In this document: positions 49,409 through 59,162 of the stretch, piece by piece
How the letters are laid out: every line of letters starts with the position of its first letter
How positions within the stretch are numbered: position 1 is the stretch's first letter
Assembly (NCBI GenBank): GCA_964510515.1
Contig: CAZEAU010000001.1
Location: 100,503 to 164,502 of the forward strand
Origin: an uncultured Actinomycetota bacterium
GTDB lineage: Bacteria > Actinomycetota > Geothermincolia > Geothermincolales > RBG-13-55-18
DNA: 64,000 nucleotides
Direction of reading: 5' to 3'
The notes under the pieces: model-generated
What the model saw: only the letters and a program-made list of their open reading frames with translations
Told to the model about the DNA's origin: nothing
The model's database searches: none
Translations under genes and position numbers: made by a program

Positions 49409-50473
49409 TTGACCAAGCTTGATATCAATGAGCTTCTGGAAGAGGTGCTGGTGAGGGGGGCCTCCGACCTGCACCTCACCGTCGGGACCCCGCCGGTCAT
49501 GCGCATCAACGGCACCCTTATGCGCCTGGAGGAATATCCTCGCCTTACATCCAACGATACCCGCGACATGGTCTACAGCATACTCGCCGCGAGGCAGAGG
49601 GAGCAGTTGGAGAGCAACCTCGAATACGATCTCTCCTACTCGGTGCCCGGAAGCGCGCGTTTCCGCGTCAACGCCTATTTTCAGAGGAACAGCATCGGGG
49701 CGGCCTTCCGCATCATCCCCTATCGCATCAAGTCGGTGGAGGAGCTGCAGCTCCCCCAGGTCATCCACGAGTTCTGCATGCTGCCGCGCGGCTTCGTCCT
49801 CGTCACCGGGCCGACCGGTCAGGGCAAGTCCACCTCGCTCGCGGCCATGATCAACATCATCAACGAGACCCGCAACCTGCATATCATCACCGTCGAGGAC
49901 CCCATTGAGTTCCTGCACGTGCACAAGAGTTGCATCGTGAACCAGAGGGAGGTGGGGGGGGACACGCATTCCTTTTCCAATGCTCTCAAGTACGTCCTGC
50001 GCCAGGATCCGGACGTCATCCTGGTGGGCGAGATGAGGGACCTGGAGACCATCTCCACCGCGCTCACCGCGGCGGAGACCGGGCACCTGGTGTTCGCGAC
50101 CCTGCATACCCAGGACGCTCCGCAGACCATAGACCGCATCATCGACGTCTTTCCCACCTATCAGCAGCAGCAGGTGCGTATGCAGCTGGCCAGCACCATA
50201 CAGGCCATTGTCACCCAACAGCTCCTGCCCACTAAGGACGGGCAGTCCCGCATACCGGCGGTGGAGGTGATGGTGGCGACCTCGGCCATCCGCAACCTCA
50301 TCCGCGAGGCCAAGGCGCACCAGATATATTCCTCCATGCAGGCGGGAGGGCAGTACAAGATGCAGACCATGGACCACTCCATCGCGGCGCTCTTCAAGCG
50401 CGGGCTGGTCTCCTACGAGGTGGCCATGGCGAGGTGCAGCAACCGCGAGGAGATGGAGCGGCTGATCGGCTGA
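49409..50473 (+). CDS. pilT: type IV pilus retraction ATPase PilT (TTG start after GGAGAGGAGGAAGGG)
   Basis: LEEVLVRGASDLHLTVGTPPVMRINGTL, Walker A GPTGQGKST, AIRNLIRE motif. Confidence 0.92.
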   Translation: MTKLDINELLEEVLVRGASDLHLTVGTPPVMRINGTLMRLEEYPRLTSNDTRDMVYSILAARQREQLESNLEYDLSYSVPGSARFRVNAYFQRNSIGAAFRIIPYRIKSVEELQLPQVIHEFCMLPRGFVLVTGPTGQGKSTSLAAMINIINETRNLHIITVEDPIEFLHVHKSCIVNQREVGGDTHSFSNALKYVLRQDPDVILVGEMRDLETISTALTAAETGHLVFATLHTQDAPQTIDRIIDVFPTYQQQQVRMQLASTIQAIVTQQLLPTKDGQSRIPAVEVMVATSAIRNLIREAKAHQIYSSMQAGGQYKMQTMDHSIAALFKRGLVSYEVAMARCSNREEMERLIG

Positions 50474-50540
50474 CGGCGGCATGTCCGCCGCGGGAGGTCC
50501 CCGTTCGCCGGGGAAGGTGATCGGCGGGGCGTGCTAGAAT

Positions 50541-50549
50541 CTCTTTGAA
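50541..50549 (+). promoter_or_regulatory. candidate extended -10 promoter element (TGcTAGAAT) upstream of pilC
   Basis: Read directly in the pilT-pilC gap. Confidence 0.2.
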
Positions 50550-50715
50550 AGGAAAGCTTCGCCGGGGGTAAAGAAATGGGGCGCCGGGAACGATACTAAT
50601 TGCGGTCGGTTGACGGCGGCGGCGGTGCGGAGATAGAAGCGGCCCGGATGCGCGCGAGATGACGGCGAAAGGATGTCCTCAAGCGTTCGGAAGCGCCGAG
50701 AAAAGGAGAGAGGCG

Positions 50716-51939
50716 GTGGCTCAAACCTATTCATACAAGGTGAGGGACCGGCAGGGCAAGGTCATCTCCGGCAAGCTCGAGGCGGAAAACGTGAGCACCG
50801 TATCGCAGCGCCTGCGCGAGATGGGCTATTTCGTCATCGAGGTCGAGGAGGAGAAGGTATCCCTGGGCAAGAAGGAGCTGCACATCTTCAAGCCCAAGGT
50901 CAAGGGCAAGGACATCACCATCTTCACCCGCCAGTTCGCGACCATGATCAACGCCGGCCTGCCCCTGGTGAAATGCCTGAACATCCTCTCGGAGCAGACG
51001 GAGAGCCCGGTGCTCACGGAGGTCATCTCGGACGTGCAGCACGAGGTGGAGATGGGGCGCTCCCTCTCTGAGGCCATGGCCAAGCACCCCGAGGTCTTCA
51101 AGGAGCTGTACTCCAGCATGGTCAAGGCGGGAGAGATAGGCGGCGTGCTCGACGACGTGCTGCTGCGCATAGCCACCACCCTGGAGAGCGAGGACGAGAT
51201 CCGGCGCCGCATCAAATCGGCATTGACCTATCCCATAGCCATGCTGGGCATATCCGCCCTGCTCCTGGTGGTGATGCTCGTCTTCGTGGTGCCCACCTTC
51301 GAGAAGATGTTCGCGGACATGGGGGCGACGATGCCCATCCTGACCAGGGTTATCATGAGCTTCAGCAATTTCCTGGTGAGCTGGAAGGGGGCGCTGTTCA
51401 TACTGGCCGTGATAGGGGGCGTGTTGCTCCTGCGCCGCTGGATCAAGACGCCGGGCGGCCGCAAGAAACTCGACGCCGTGAAGCTGAAGATGCCCGTATT
51501 CGGGGACCTGTTCCACAAGATGTCCCTCTCCCGCTTCTCCCGCACCCTGGGGACACTGGTGGCCAGCGGCGTGCCCATTCTGCAGGCCCTGGAGATAACC
51601 TCGAAGACGGTGGGGAATGTGCTGGTGGCGGAGGCCGTGGACAACGTTCGTGCGGGGGTCAAGGAGGGGGACTCCATCGCCAGGCCCCTGGGCCAGAGCG
51701 ATCTCTTCCCCCCCATGGTGACCCAGATGCTGGCCATCGGGGAGGAGACCGGAGCCCTGGATACCATGCTCAACAAGGTCTCGGACTTCTACGACTCGGA
51801 GATCTCCTCGACCGTCGAGGCGCTGACCTCCCTGCTGGAGCCGCTGATGATCGTCGTTCTGGGCCTGGTCGTGGGGATCATCGTCATCGCCCTCTATATG
51901 CCGATATTCTCGATGATAACCCAGTTTACCGGGGAGTAG
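50716..51939 (+). CDS. pilC: type IV pilus inner-membrane platform protein PilC/GspF family (GTG start)
   Basis: Two T2SSF repeats, full-length PilC similarity. Confidence 0.9.
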   Translation: MAQTYSYKVRDRQGKVISGKLEAENVSTVSQRLREMGYFVIEVEEEKVSLGKKELHIFKPKVKGKDITIFTRQFATMINAGLPLVKCLNILSEQTESPVLTEVISDVQHEVEMGRSLSEAMAKHPEVFKELYSSMVKAGEIGGVLDDVLLRIATTLESEDEIRRRIKSALTYPIAMLGISALLLVVMLVFVVPTFEKMFADMGATMPILTRVIMSFSNFLVSWKGALFILAVIGGVLLLRRWIKTPGGRKKLDAVKLKMPVFGDLFHKMSLSRFSRTLGTLVASGVPILQALEITSKTVGNVLVAEAVDNVRAGVKEGDSIARPLGQSDLFPPMVTQMLAIGEETGALDTMLNKVSDFYDSEISSTVEALTSLLEPLMIVVLGLVVGIIVIALYMPIFSMITQFTGE

Positions 51940-52008
51940 CGAGCGACCTTGCCGGCGGGCCCGCGGCGGGGGAAGGTTTCGGACGAAGGTTGTTGAAAGA
52001 GTATATTA

Positions 52009-52038
52009 TTGACAACTAAATTTTATTACTTATAGAAT
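52009..52038 (+). promoter_or_regulatory. candidate strong sigma70 promoter (TTGACA-18 nt-TAGAAT) in an approximately 130-nt AT-rich island
   Basis: Perfect -35 hexamer; island (gttgttgaaagagtatattattgacaactaaattttattacttatagaatattgatg...) contrasts with the roughly 68% GC background; upstream of the HTH gene and pilMNO. Confidence 0.4.
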
Positions 52039-52172
52039 ATTGATGAAGAGTGAAGAAATTCAAATGAAGCTAAAGTTGGTTGAAGATGTTGGCGATGAAG
52101 TATATTGGCCTGTGGAGTTGGGTATTGTTGAGGTGGGCCGGGGCGGAGAGGCTATCGCTGACAGGAGGATAG

Positions 52173-52361
52173 GTGCCGGGGGACAGGTTCAGCAACAAAC
52201 TGCTAACGGTGAACGAGGTCGCCGATATCTTGAGGGTGTCGAACATGACGGTGTACCGCCTGGTGAAGAGCGGGCAGATACCAGCCATACGGGTAGGCAA
52301 GAACTACCGCATCAAGGAAAGCGACGTCAACGATTACCTGACCAGAGGGACGCAGAGTTAG
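52173..52361 (+). CDS. small helix-turn-helix DNA-binding protein (excisionase/MerR-type HTH_17 family)
   Basis: 62 aa; LLTVNEVADILRVSNMTVYRLVKSGQIPAIRVGKNYRIKESDVNDYL is the excisionase-family HTH signature; GTG start after AGGAGG. Confidence 0.6.
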   Translation: MPGDRFSNKLLTVNEVADILRVSNMTVYRLVKSGQIPAIRVGKNYRIKESDVNDYLTRGTQS

Positions 52362-52383
52362 GGCCTGGAGCGGGGGGTATGGC

Positions 52384-53445
52384 ATGAGTCCAAGGAAGGC
52401 CGCGGTATCGCTGGGGCTGGATATAAGCACGAGTTCGCTCAAGGTGGCCGAGGTGACGGCGGGCAAGGGCGAGCCCGTCCTCTCCAACCTGGGCATGGTA
52501 CGCATCCCGGACGGCGTGGTGCGAGACGGCGAGGTCGAGGACGGCGTGACCCTGGCCGAATCACTGAAGGAGCTGTGGTCCCAGGCCGGCATCAGGGGGA
52601 AAACGGTCATACTTGGCATCGCCAACCAGAGGGTCATCGTGCGCCCCATCGAGCTGCCCTACATGGAGAGAGAGGAGCTGGACAGCGCCCTGCGCTTCCA
52701 GGTGCAGGAGTTCATCCCCATCCCCATCGAGGACGCCATCCTGGACTTCGACATCATCGAGGAGTTCATGACCGCGGAAGAGGAGCGCATGCTGACGGTG
52801 CTCCTGGTGGCCGCGCACAAGGAGATGATACAGAGTTTCATCGAGGTCTTGAAGGCGGCCGGATTGTCGCTTTCCGCCATCGACCTCAAGGCCTTCGCCG
52901 TTCCGCGCGCCTTGATCCCCCTGGGGGTGCTGCAGGCGGGGTACGAGGAGCGCGAGGCGGAATGCATGATCAACGTGGGCGCGGGCATGACCAATATAAC
53001 CATCCTCAAGGACAACGTGCCGCGTTTCGCCAGGTTCCTCCTCAGGGGTGGGGACGATTTCGTGCGCGCCATGGTCAACCGCCTGGACATGGAGTGGGAG
53101 GAGGCGGAAGCGATCAGGCTGGGCAGGGTGGTGCACGATGAGGGCGGCAAGGTGCTGGAGCAGGAGATCCTCAACTTCGTGGGTGAGATCAGGCGCTCCA
53201 TAGATTATTATATAGCCCAGACCCAGGAGAGGGCCTTTTCCAAGGTGGTGCTCTCCGGCAGCGGCTCGGTCACGGTCAACCTGGTGCAGGAGATGGGCAA
53301 GGGGCTCAGGCTCCCCATGGAGGTGGGGAGGCCCCTTCAGAACCTGCAGCTGGGCAGGTTGCCCTATAGCGCGGAGGAGTTGATGGAGATAGAACCCTCG
53401 CTCGCGGTCAGCGTCGGGCTTGCGCTGCGGGAGGTAGTGGAATGA
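52384..53445 (+). CDS. pilM: type IV pilus assembly protein PilM (actin-like ATPase fold)
   Basis: Full-length PilM similarity (SLGLDISTSSLKVAEV...VILGIANQRVIVRPIELP). Confidence 0.88.
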   Translation: MSPRKAAVSLGLDISTSSLKVAEVTAGKGEPVLSNLGMVRIPDGVVRDGEVEDGVTLAESLKELWSQAGIRGKTVILGIANQRVIVRPIELPYMEREELDSALRFQVQEFIPIPIEDAILDFDIIEEFMTAEEERMLTVLLVAAHKEMIQSFIEVLKAAGLSLSAIDLKAFAVPRALIPLGVLQAGYEEREAECMINVGAGMTNITILKDNVPRFARFLLRGGDDFVRAMVNRLDMEWEEAEAIRLGRVVHDEGGKVLEQEILNFVGEIRRSIDYYIAQTQERAFSKVVLSGSGSVTVNLVQEMGKGLRLPMEVGRPLQNLQLGRLPYSAEELMEIEPSLAVSVGLALREVVE

Positions 53446-54293
53446 CCAGGATAAACCTGCTCCCACCGGAGATAAGGGAGAAGGCCGGGCGAGTCCGGCT
53501 CGCGCCGTGGTACATACTCATGGGCGTGATCACCGTGGCCGTCGTCGTGGGGCTCTTCCTGCTCTTCAGCGCCCAGGAAGCGGGCAAAGAGGATACGCTG
53601 AAGGAGAGGGAACAGGAGCTCTCGGACCTGCAGAAACAGACCAAGCCCATGGAGAAGTTCGAGGCGCAGCAGGGCGAGCTGCAGGCGCTGGAGGGCCTGT
53701 ACAAGCAGGCCAACGCGGGCAGGGTGGCCTGGGCGCAGATGCTGAACGACCTGGCCATGTACGTGCCGGAGGGCCTGGCCACGGCGTCCAACCCCAGGGC
53801 GCCGGCCATCTGGCTGGTGCACATGACCATCGACGCCCAGCCGCTGGAGGCGCTGGCGGGGGCGCCGGAAGGCCAGGCGACGGGCGGCGGCACGCCGATA
53901 GTGCTGGAGGGCTACGCCACCCCGGCCTGGCTGAGCGTGCAGACCTGGCTGCCGCGGGCGAGCGATTTCAAGGCGAGGGGCTTCCTGGACTCCTACCCCT
54001 ACTACTACTATTTCCGCGGCCACCCCAAGGTGGCGGAGTTCTTCGTCAGGCTGCAGGGCATGGAGCAATGGGCCGACATCTGGATAGTGAGCTCCACCCA
54101 GGCCACCATCAGCGAGACGAGGCATGTGACTAATCCCGAGAGCGGGGAGCGGGAGGAAGAGAGCTTCTCGGACTGGGCCGTCAGCTTCGCCATCAACGCC
54201 GATTGGAATCCCGACAGCGCCATCTGGCACGGGACCGCGGGCGGGGAGGACGCGGTCGCGCCGAGCGAGGAGACGGGGGGTGGCGAGCGATGA
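53442..54293 (+). CDS. pilN: PilN-like fimbrial assembly protein (elongated, 283 aa)
   Basis: MTRINLLPPEIREK N-terminus, single TM, coiled coil; overlaps pilM and pilO by 4 nt. Confidence 0.75.
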   Translation: MTRINLLPPEIREKAGRVRLAPWYILMGVITVAVVVGLFLLFSAQEAGKEDTLKEREQELSDLQKQTKPMEKFEAQQGELQALEGLYKQANAGRVAWAQMLNDLAMYVPEGLATASNPRAPAIWLVHMTIDAQPLEALAGAPEGQATGGGTPIVLEGYATPAWLSVQTWLPRASDFKARGFLDSYPYYYYFRGHPKVAEFFVRLQGMEQWADIWIVSSTQATISETRHVTNPESGEREEESFSDWAVSFAINADWNPDSAIWHGTAGGEDAVAPSEETGGGER

Positions 54294-54868
54294 AGATCAA
54301 GGCCGGCTCGGGGATATGGCTGCTGGCGGGGGTGCTGGTGTGCATAATCATCCTCGTCCTCGCGCTTTTCCTCATCGTCTTTCCCCAGAAGAACAAGGTG
54401 GGCGAGACCGAGGAGGAGATAAACAGGGTGGAGCAGAGCATAGTCCTGGAGCGCAACCGCCTGGTGCAGTTAAAGCAGTACGAGCAAGACCCGGAGCAGT
54501 TCATCCGCCAGATAGAGGTCTTCAAGGAACGCATGCCGGAGAACGTGGGGCTCGCCGACATCATCGAGTACATAGATCGCGCCGCGGAGGAGGCGGGACT
54601 GGACTTCGTCTCCATAACGCCGCAGCTCCCGGTGTCCGCGGGGGGCTTCTACACCGTCAGCTTGGAGACCGTTTTCAACGGGCGCTATTTCAACCTGGTG
54701 GAGTTCTTCAACCGCATCGAGAGGCTTCCGCGCTCCTTCAAGGCCGTCTATGTAGATATCGCGGCCGGCGATGCCGGCCTGCCTTATATCCAGGTGAACG
54801 TGCGTTTCAGGGCTTTTTTCACCACCAACCAGGGGATAGAGGGCCTGGCTGGGGCAGCGGCGGGCTAA
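54290..54868 (+). CDS. pilO: PilO-like pilus assembly protein
   Basis: N-terminal TM plus coiled coil plus C-terminal ferredoxin-like PilO domain; position after pilN. Confidence 0.7.
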   Translation: MKIKAGSGIWLLAGVLVCIIILVLALFLIVFPQKNKVGETEEEINRVEQSIVLERNRLVQLKQYEQDPEQFIRQIEVFKERMPENVGLADIIEYIDRAAEEAGLDFVSITPQLPVSAGGFYTVSLETVFNGRYFNLVEFFNRIERLPRSFKAVYVDIAAGDAGLPYIQVNVRFRAFFTTNQGIEGLAGAAAG

Positions 54869-54872
54869 AAGG

Positions 54873-55610
54873 GTGACCACGATGAGAAAGAGATGCGAGA
54901 TGGCGGAGAGGGGACGGGCCGGAGGGCCGGGTGCCGGAGACGGCAGGGCGGAGGACGCCTCTGGGCAGCGGGTGCGCCTGCTGGCCGGGATGGTGCTGGC
55001 CACGCTGGTCATCGCCGTGCTGGTGATGGCGGCGAACCCCGGCGCGGGGGGGAAGAAGGGCGTGCTGCTCTCCCAGGCCATGCCCGCGGAGAAGGCGGCG
55101 CTGGTGATCGACTCCCAGGCCCTGGCGACCAGGGTGGTGGAGCAGAAGTTCCAGCTGCGCACGGAGGAGGCGGACGGGCAGCTGGAGGAGATACCCTACG
55201 TGGAGGTGTGGGTGCTCAACGACCCCTTCTACCCCCTCATGGGAGAGGCCGGGGACCTGAGGAGCTCCGAGGGCGCCCTGGCGAGCAAGGAATGGCAGAT
55301 GCGCGGCTTTCCCGATTACGAGGCGGGGCAGGGGACGGGTTCCGGAGCGCCCGCAGCGGCGCCCTCCGGCAGCCTGCCCGTGACCGCGAGCGTGCCGCAG
55401 AGGGTGGTGCTGGTGCAGGAGATATACGAGATAAGGGGCATACGCTACGCCAACCTGAAGGTGAACGACCAGGTTTACGACAAGCTGAAGGCGGGGAGCG
55501 ATTTCGGCGAGGTCTTCAGGGTGCAGGAGATAAAGGACGCCCGCACGGTGGTCGTGCTCTGCGGGGACGAGAACTACGAGCTCAAGCTCAATCAGCTGAG
55601 AAAGATCTGA
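54873..55610 (+). CDS. hypothetical protein, possible PilP analogue (TM/signal-anchor plus Gly/Ala-rich linker plus beta-rich C-domain)
   Basis: Position immediately after pilO; no recognisable catalytic motifs. Confidence 0.4.
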   Translation: MTTMRKRCEMAERGRAGGPGAGDGRAEDASGQRVRLLAGMVLATLVIAVLVMAANPGAGGKKGVLLSQAMPAEKAALVIDSQALATRVVEQKFQLRTEEADGQLEEIPYVEVWVLNDPFYPLMGEAGDLRSSEGALASKEWQMRGFPDYEAGQGTGSGAPAAAPSGSLPVTASVPQRVVLVQEIYEIRGIRYANLKVNDQVYDKLKAGSDFGEVFRVQEIKDARTVVVLCGDENYELKLNQLRKI

Positions 55611-55682
55611 GGAGATGTCGGGAGGGGGGCGGCTTCCCGCCGCCCCCCCTTTGCATTTAAGGGAGGGAAGACGGACGCGGCC

Positions 55683-56840
55683 ATGTTGAGGTACCTGGAT
55701 GCGGGGGAATCCCACGGCAAGGGTATGGCGTGCGTGGTGGAGGGGATGCCGCACGGCGTGCCCCTGCGCGCCGCGCACATAGAGCGCGAGCTGGCGCGAA
55801 GGAGGCTGGGCTACGGACGGGGGCCGCGCATGGCCCTGGAGGAGGACCGGGTGGAGCTCTTCAGCGGGGTGAGGGCGGGGATGACCCTGGGAAGCCCCAT
55901 CGCCATGCTCGTGCGCAACGCCGAACGCGCGAAATGGGAGAGCGTGATGGCGGCGGAGGGCGAGCCCGCCGCCCCTCCCCTGACCGCCCCCAGGCCGGGC
56001 CATGCCGACCTGGCGGGGGCCTTGAAATACGGCACGCGCGACCTGCGCGACATACTCGAGCGGGCCTCGGCGCGCGAGACCGTGGGCAGGGTCTGCGCCG
56101 GGGCGGTGGCCGGGCGCCTCCTCGGCGAGCTGGGAATGGAAGTCTGTTCCCACGTGCTGGCGGTGGGCGCTGTGCGCTCGCGGGAGGCGCCGGGCGGGCT
56201 CACCCCCCAGCTTTTGCGGGAGGCGGATTCCGACCCCATGCGCTGCGTGGACGGGGAGGCCTCGCTGCGCATGCGCGCGGAGGTGGACGCGGCGCGCGAG
56301 GCCGGGGATTCCCTGGGGGGCATCTTCCAGGTGGTGGCCTTCGGCGTTCCCGCGGGACTGGGGAGCCACGCGCACTGGGACCGGCGCCTGGACGCCAGGC
56401 TGGCCGCGGCGGTGATGGGCATCCAGGCGGTGAAGGGAGTGGAGACGGGGAGCGGGTTCGCCCTCGCCGCCATGCGGGGATCGCGGGCCGCGGACGAGAT
56501 ATTCCATGAAAAAGGGCGCGGGCTCTACCGCGGCAGCAACCACGCCGGGGGCATAGAGGGCGGCATGAGCAACGGGGAGCCCATAGTGCTGCAGGCGGCC
56601 ATGAAGCCCATCCCCACGCTGCGCAGCCCCCTGCGCTCGGTGGACATCGCCAGCGGGGAGGCGGTGGAGGGAGCGGTGGAGCGCGCGGACGTATGCGCCG
56701 TGCCCGCGGCGGCGGTGGTGGCGGAGGCCTGCGTGGCCTTCGTCCTCGCGCAGGCGCTGCTGGAGAAGACGGGCGGAGACGCCATGCGGGAGATAGAGGA
56801 GCGCTTCCGGGCCATGGCGGAGAGGCAGGCCGGCCTGTGA
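55683..56840 (+). CDS. aroC: chorismate synthase AroC
   Basis: MLRYLDAGESHGKGMACVVEGMPHGVPL and conserved RSSARETV-like and GGxSNGE motifs. Confidence 0.95.
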   Translation: MLRYLDAGESHGKGMACVVEGMPHGVPLRAAHIERELARRRLGYGRGPRMALEEDRVELFSGVRAGMTLGSPIAMLVRNAERAKWESVMAAEGEPAAPPLTAPRPGHADLAGALKYGTRDLRDILERASARETVGRVCAGAVAGRLLGELGMEVCSHVLAVGAVRSREAPGGLTPQLLREADSDPMRCVDGEASLRMRAEVDAAREAGDSLGGIFQVVAFGVPAGLGSHAHWDRRLDARLAAAVMGIQAVKGVETGSGFALAAMRGSRAADEIFHEKGRGLYRGSNHAGGIEGGMSNGEPIVLQAAMKPIPTLRSPLRSVDIASGEAVEGAVERADVCAVPAAAVVAEACVAFVLAQALLEKTGGDAMREIEERFRAMAERQAGL

Positions 56841-57436
56841 GGCGGGGGGCGGACTCGGGCGAAAGCGGGCCTCGCCCCCGCCAGGCACGGCCGCGCAACC
56901 TGGCCCTCGTCGGCTTCATGGGAGCGGGGAAGAGCAGCGTGGGACCGCTGCTGGCGCGGGAGCTGGGCCTGCATTTCGTGGAGCTGGACGAGGAGGTAGC
57001 GGCGAGGGCGGGAGCGAGTATAGCGGAGATATTTGAGCGCGAGGGAGAGGGGGGCTTCCGGGAGCGCGAGAGCGAGGCCTTGCGGGAAGCGCTGGGGGAG
57101 GGAGGCAGGGTAATCTCCTGCGGCGGGGGCATCGTCACGCGGGAGGAGAACGTGCGGTTGCTGCGCTCCGCATGCCGCGTCTACCTGCTCGAGGTGTCGC
57201 CTGCCACGGCCGTGCGCAGGCTGCGCGGCGGGAGCGCAAGGCCGCTCCTGGGGGGCGCCGACCCGCGGGGAGAGGTGGAGAGGTTGATGGGCGAGAGGGC
57301 GGGCAGGTATGCGGCTGCGGCGCACGAGGTCGTGGCGACCGATGCGGGCAGCCCGCAGGAGATAGCGGAGGAGATAGCGGCGAGATGGCGCAGGTACAGG
57401 TGCGGGCGGGAGGGAGAGAATACCCCGTCCTCATAG
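56837..57436 (+). CDS. aroK: shikimate kinase AroK (GTG start overlapping the aroC stop; start approximate)
   Basis: Walker A LVGFMGAGKSSVG, LID region; between aroC and aroB. Confidence 0.8.
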   Translation: MRRGADSGESGPRPRQARPRNLALVGFMGAGKSSVGPLLARELGLHFVELDEEVAARAGASIAEIFEREGEGGFRERESEALREALGEGGRVISCGGGIVTREENVRLLRSACRVYLLEVSPATAVRRLRGGSARPLLGGADPRGEVERLMGERAGRYAAAAHEVVATDAGSPQEIAEEIAARWRRYRCGREGENTPSS

Positions 57437-58506
57437 GGCGAAACCTTCTGGAGGGCGAGCTTTCCCGCCACGTGGCGGGCATGCGGCCGCGCATGCTGAC
57501 CGTGGTCAGCCATCCCGCGATAAAGGAGCTGCACGGCAGGAGGCTGTCGGCGGCCCTCGCGGCGGCGAGGGGAGGCGGCGCCCGGGCGGCATGGTTTCTC
57601 TTCCCCCACGGGGAGGAGAACAAGACCCTGGCGACGCTCGAGCGCGGCCTGCGCGCGCTGCTCGCGTACGGCATGACCAGGGAGGACCTGCTGCTGGCCT
57701 TCGGGGGCGGCGTGGTGGGCGACCTGGGCGGTTTCCTCGCCGCCACCTATATGCGCGGCATACGCTACCTGCAGGTGCCCACCACGCTCATGGCCATGGT
57801 GGACTCCTCCATAGGGGGCAAGACGGGCGTGGACCTGCCGGGAGCGAAGAACGCCGCGGGCGCCTTCTATCAGCCCTGGGGGGTGTATGCCGACACCGGC
57901 CTGCTGGGCACCCTGCCGCGGCGCGAACTTCGCAGCGGTATGGCCGAGGTGGCCAAGTACGGCTTCCTCTACGATGAGGCGATACTCGAGGAGGTGGAGG
58001 GCTGGGTGGCCGCCCCCCCCGCCGGCGCGGAAGGCCTGGAGGGCATGGTGGCCAGATGCGCCGCCCACAAGGCGAGGGCGGTGGCCGCGGACGAGCGCGA
58101 CCTCGGCGGGGAGCGGGCCATGCTCAACTACGGCCACACCTTCGGGCACGCCATCGAATCGTCCTGCGGATACGGGAGGCTGCGCCACGGCGAGGCGGTG
58201 GCTGCGGGCATGCTCATGGCAGCGAGGCTCTCCGAGCTCCTCGGCCTCGCCGGGGAGGGCCTGTGTGCGCTCCACGCGCGCGCGTTGCTGCCCATGCTCG
58301 ACGAGGGCGCGCTGGGCCTCGGGTACGAGCGCGGCCGCATCATGGCCGACATGCGCGCGGACAAAAAGAGGGGCCGGAGCATGAGATTCGTGCTCCTGGA
58401 GGGGCCGCGGGCGCCCCGCCTGATGGAGGTGGGCGACGAGAAGGTGGTGGAGGCGGCGGTGGACGATGTCCTGGAGATGCTGAAGGGGGCGGAGAGATGC
58501 CTTTAG
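57385..58506 (+). CDS. aroB: 3-dehydroquinate synthase AroB
   Basis: GGGVVGDLGGFLAATYMRGIRYLQVPTTL NAD-binding and metal-binding motifs; start approximate (overlaps aroK frame). Confidence 0.9.
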   Translation: MAQVQVRAGGREYPVLIGRNLLEGELSRHVAGMRPRMLTVVSHPAIKELHGRRLSAALAAARGGGARAAWFLFPHGEENKTLATLERGLRALLAYGMTREDLLLAFGGGVVGDLGGFLAATYMRGIRYLQVPTTLMAMVDSSIGGKTGVDLPGAKNAAGAFYQPWGVYADTGLLGTLPRRELRSGMAEVAKYGFLYDEAILEEVEGWVAAPPAGAEGLEGMVARCAAHKARAVAADERDLGGERAMLNYGHTFGHAIESSCGYGRLRHGEAVAAGMLMAARLSELLGLAGEGLCALHARALLPMLDEGALGLGYERGRIMADMRADKKRGRSMRFVLLEGPRAPRLMEVGDEKVVEAAVDDVLEMLKGAERCL

Positions 58507-58937
58507 TGGCGGTGGTGAACGGGCCCAACCTCAACCTGCTCGGCGCGAGGGAGCCGGGCGTCTACGGGCGCGCGACCTGGGAGGAGGCGAGGGCGGGCAT
58601 GGAGCAAAGAGCGCGCGCGCTGGGCCTGGAGGTGGAGTTCTTCCAGAGCAATCACGAGGGGGGCCTCATCGACCACCTGCAGGGCTTGCGGGGGCGCGCC
58701 GCGGCGCTCGTCATCAACCCCGGCGCGCTCACCCACTACAGCTATGCCCTGCGCGACGCCGTGGCCGACCTGGGATTGCCCACCGCCGAGGTGCATATAA
58801 GCAACATCTTCGCGCGCGAGGACTGGCGGTCCGTCTCCGTCATCTCCCCCGCGGCCACGGGACTCGTGGCCGGCTTCGGGGTTTTCGGCTACGAGCTCGC
58901 GCTCGAGGCCGTTGCGAGCGCGCTGCGCGGAGGCTGA
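58497..58937 (+). CDS. aroQ: type II 3-dehydroquinate dehydratase AroQ
   Basis: MPLVAVVNGPNLNLLGAREPGVYG...HISNIFARE motifs. Confidence 0.93.
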   Translation: MPLVAVVNGPNLNLLGAREPGVYGRATWEEARAGMEQRARALGLEVEFFQSNHEGGLIDHLQGLRGRAAALVINPGALTHYSYALRDAVADLGLPTAEVHISNIFAREDWRSVSVISPAATGLVAGFGVFGYELALEAVASALRGG

Positions 58938-59162
58938 TGCGCAAGGCCCGCCGAGGCGGCGAAACAGCCTGGCGGAAAAGGTATATTCGCAGGCAGATGG
59001 CCCTGCGTAACATTACCGTAACAACATTCACACATATTTATCTTGGCATGCCTAAAGGGCGGCCTTACAATTTTCGATAGACGGATTGAAGCATTCCTGC
59101 CTTCCGCGGCCTGTGCGGGCACCGGGCAGGGATGGGGATGCGCGGAGCGAGAGAGACCTTTT

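Noticed and set aside
50476-50495. Hairpin CGGCGG-catgt-CCGCCG immediately after the pilT stop as an intrinsic terminator
   Set aside because: No downstream T-tract, so at best a weak or non-canonical terminator. Not annotated.
52040-52387. 115-aa ORF starting with TTG in the AT-rich island (MMKSEEIQMKLKLVEDV...)
   Set aside because: It overlaps the HTH gene out of frame, and its downstream two-thirds is generic GC-rich translation. The first roughly 30 codons could at most be a small upstream peptide, which I cannot support.
59041-59100. Possible sigma54 (-24 GG / -12 GC) promoter upstream of the pilin gene (TTGGCATGCCTAAAGGGC)
   Set aside because: The GG and GC elements are not at the required 10-nt spacing and there is no TTGC(A/T) -12 element.
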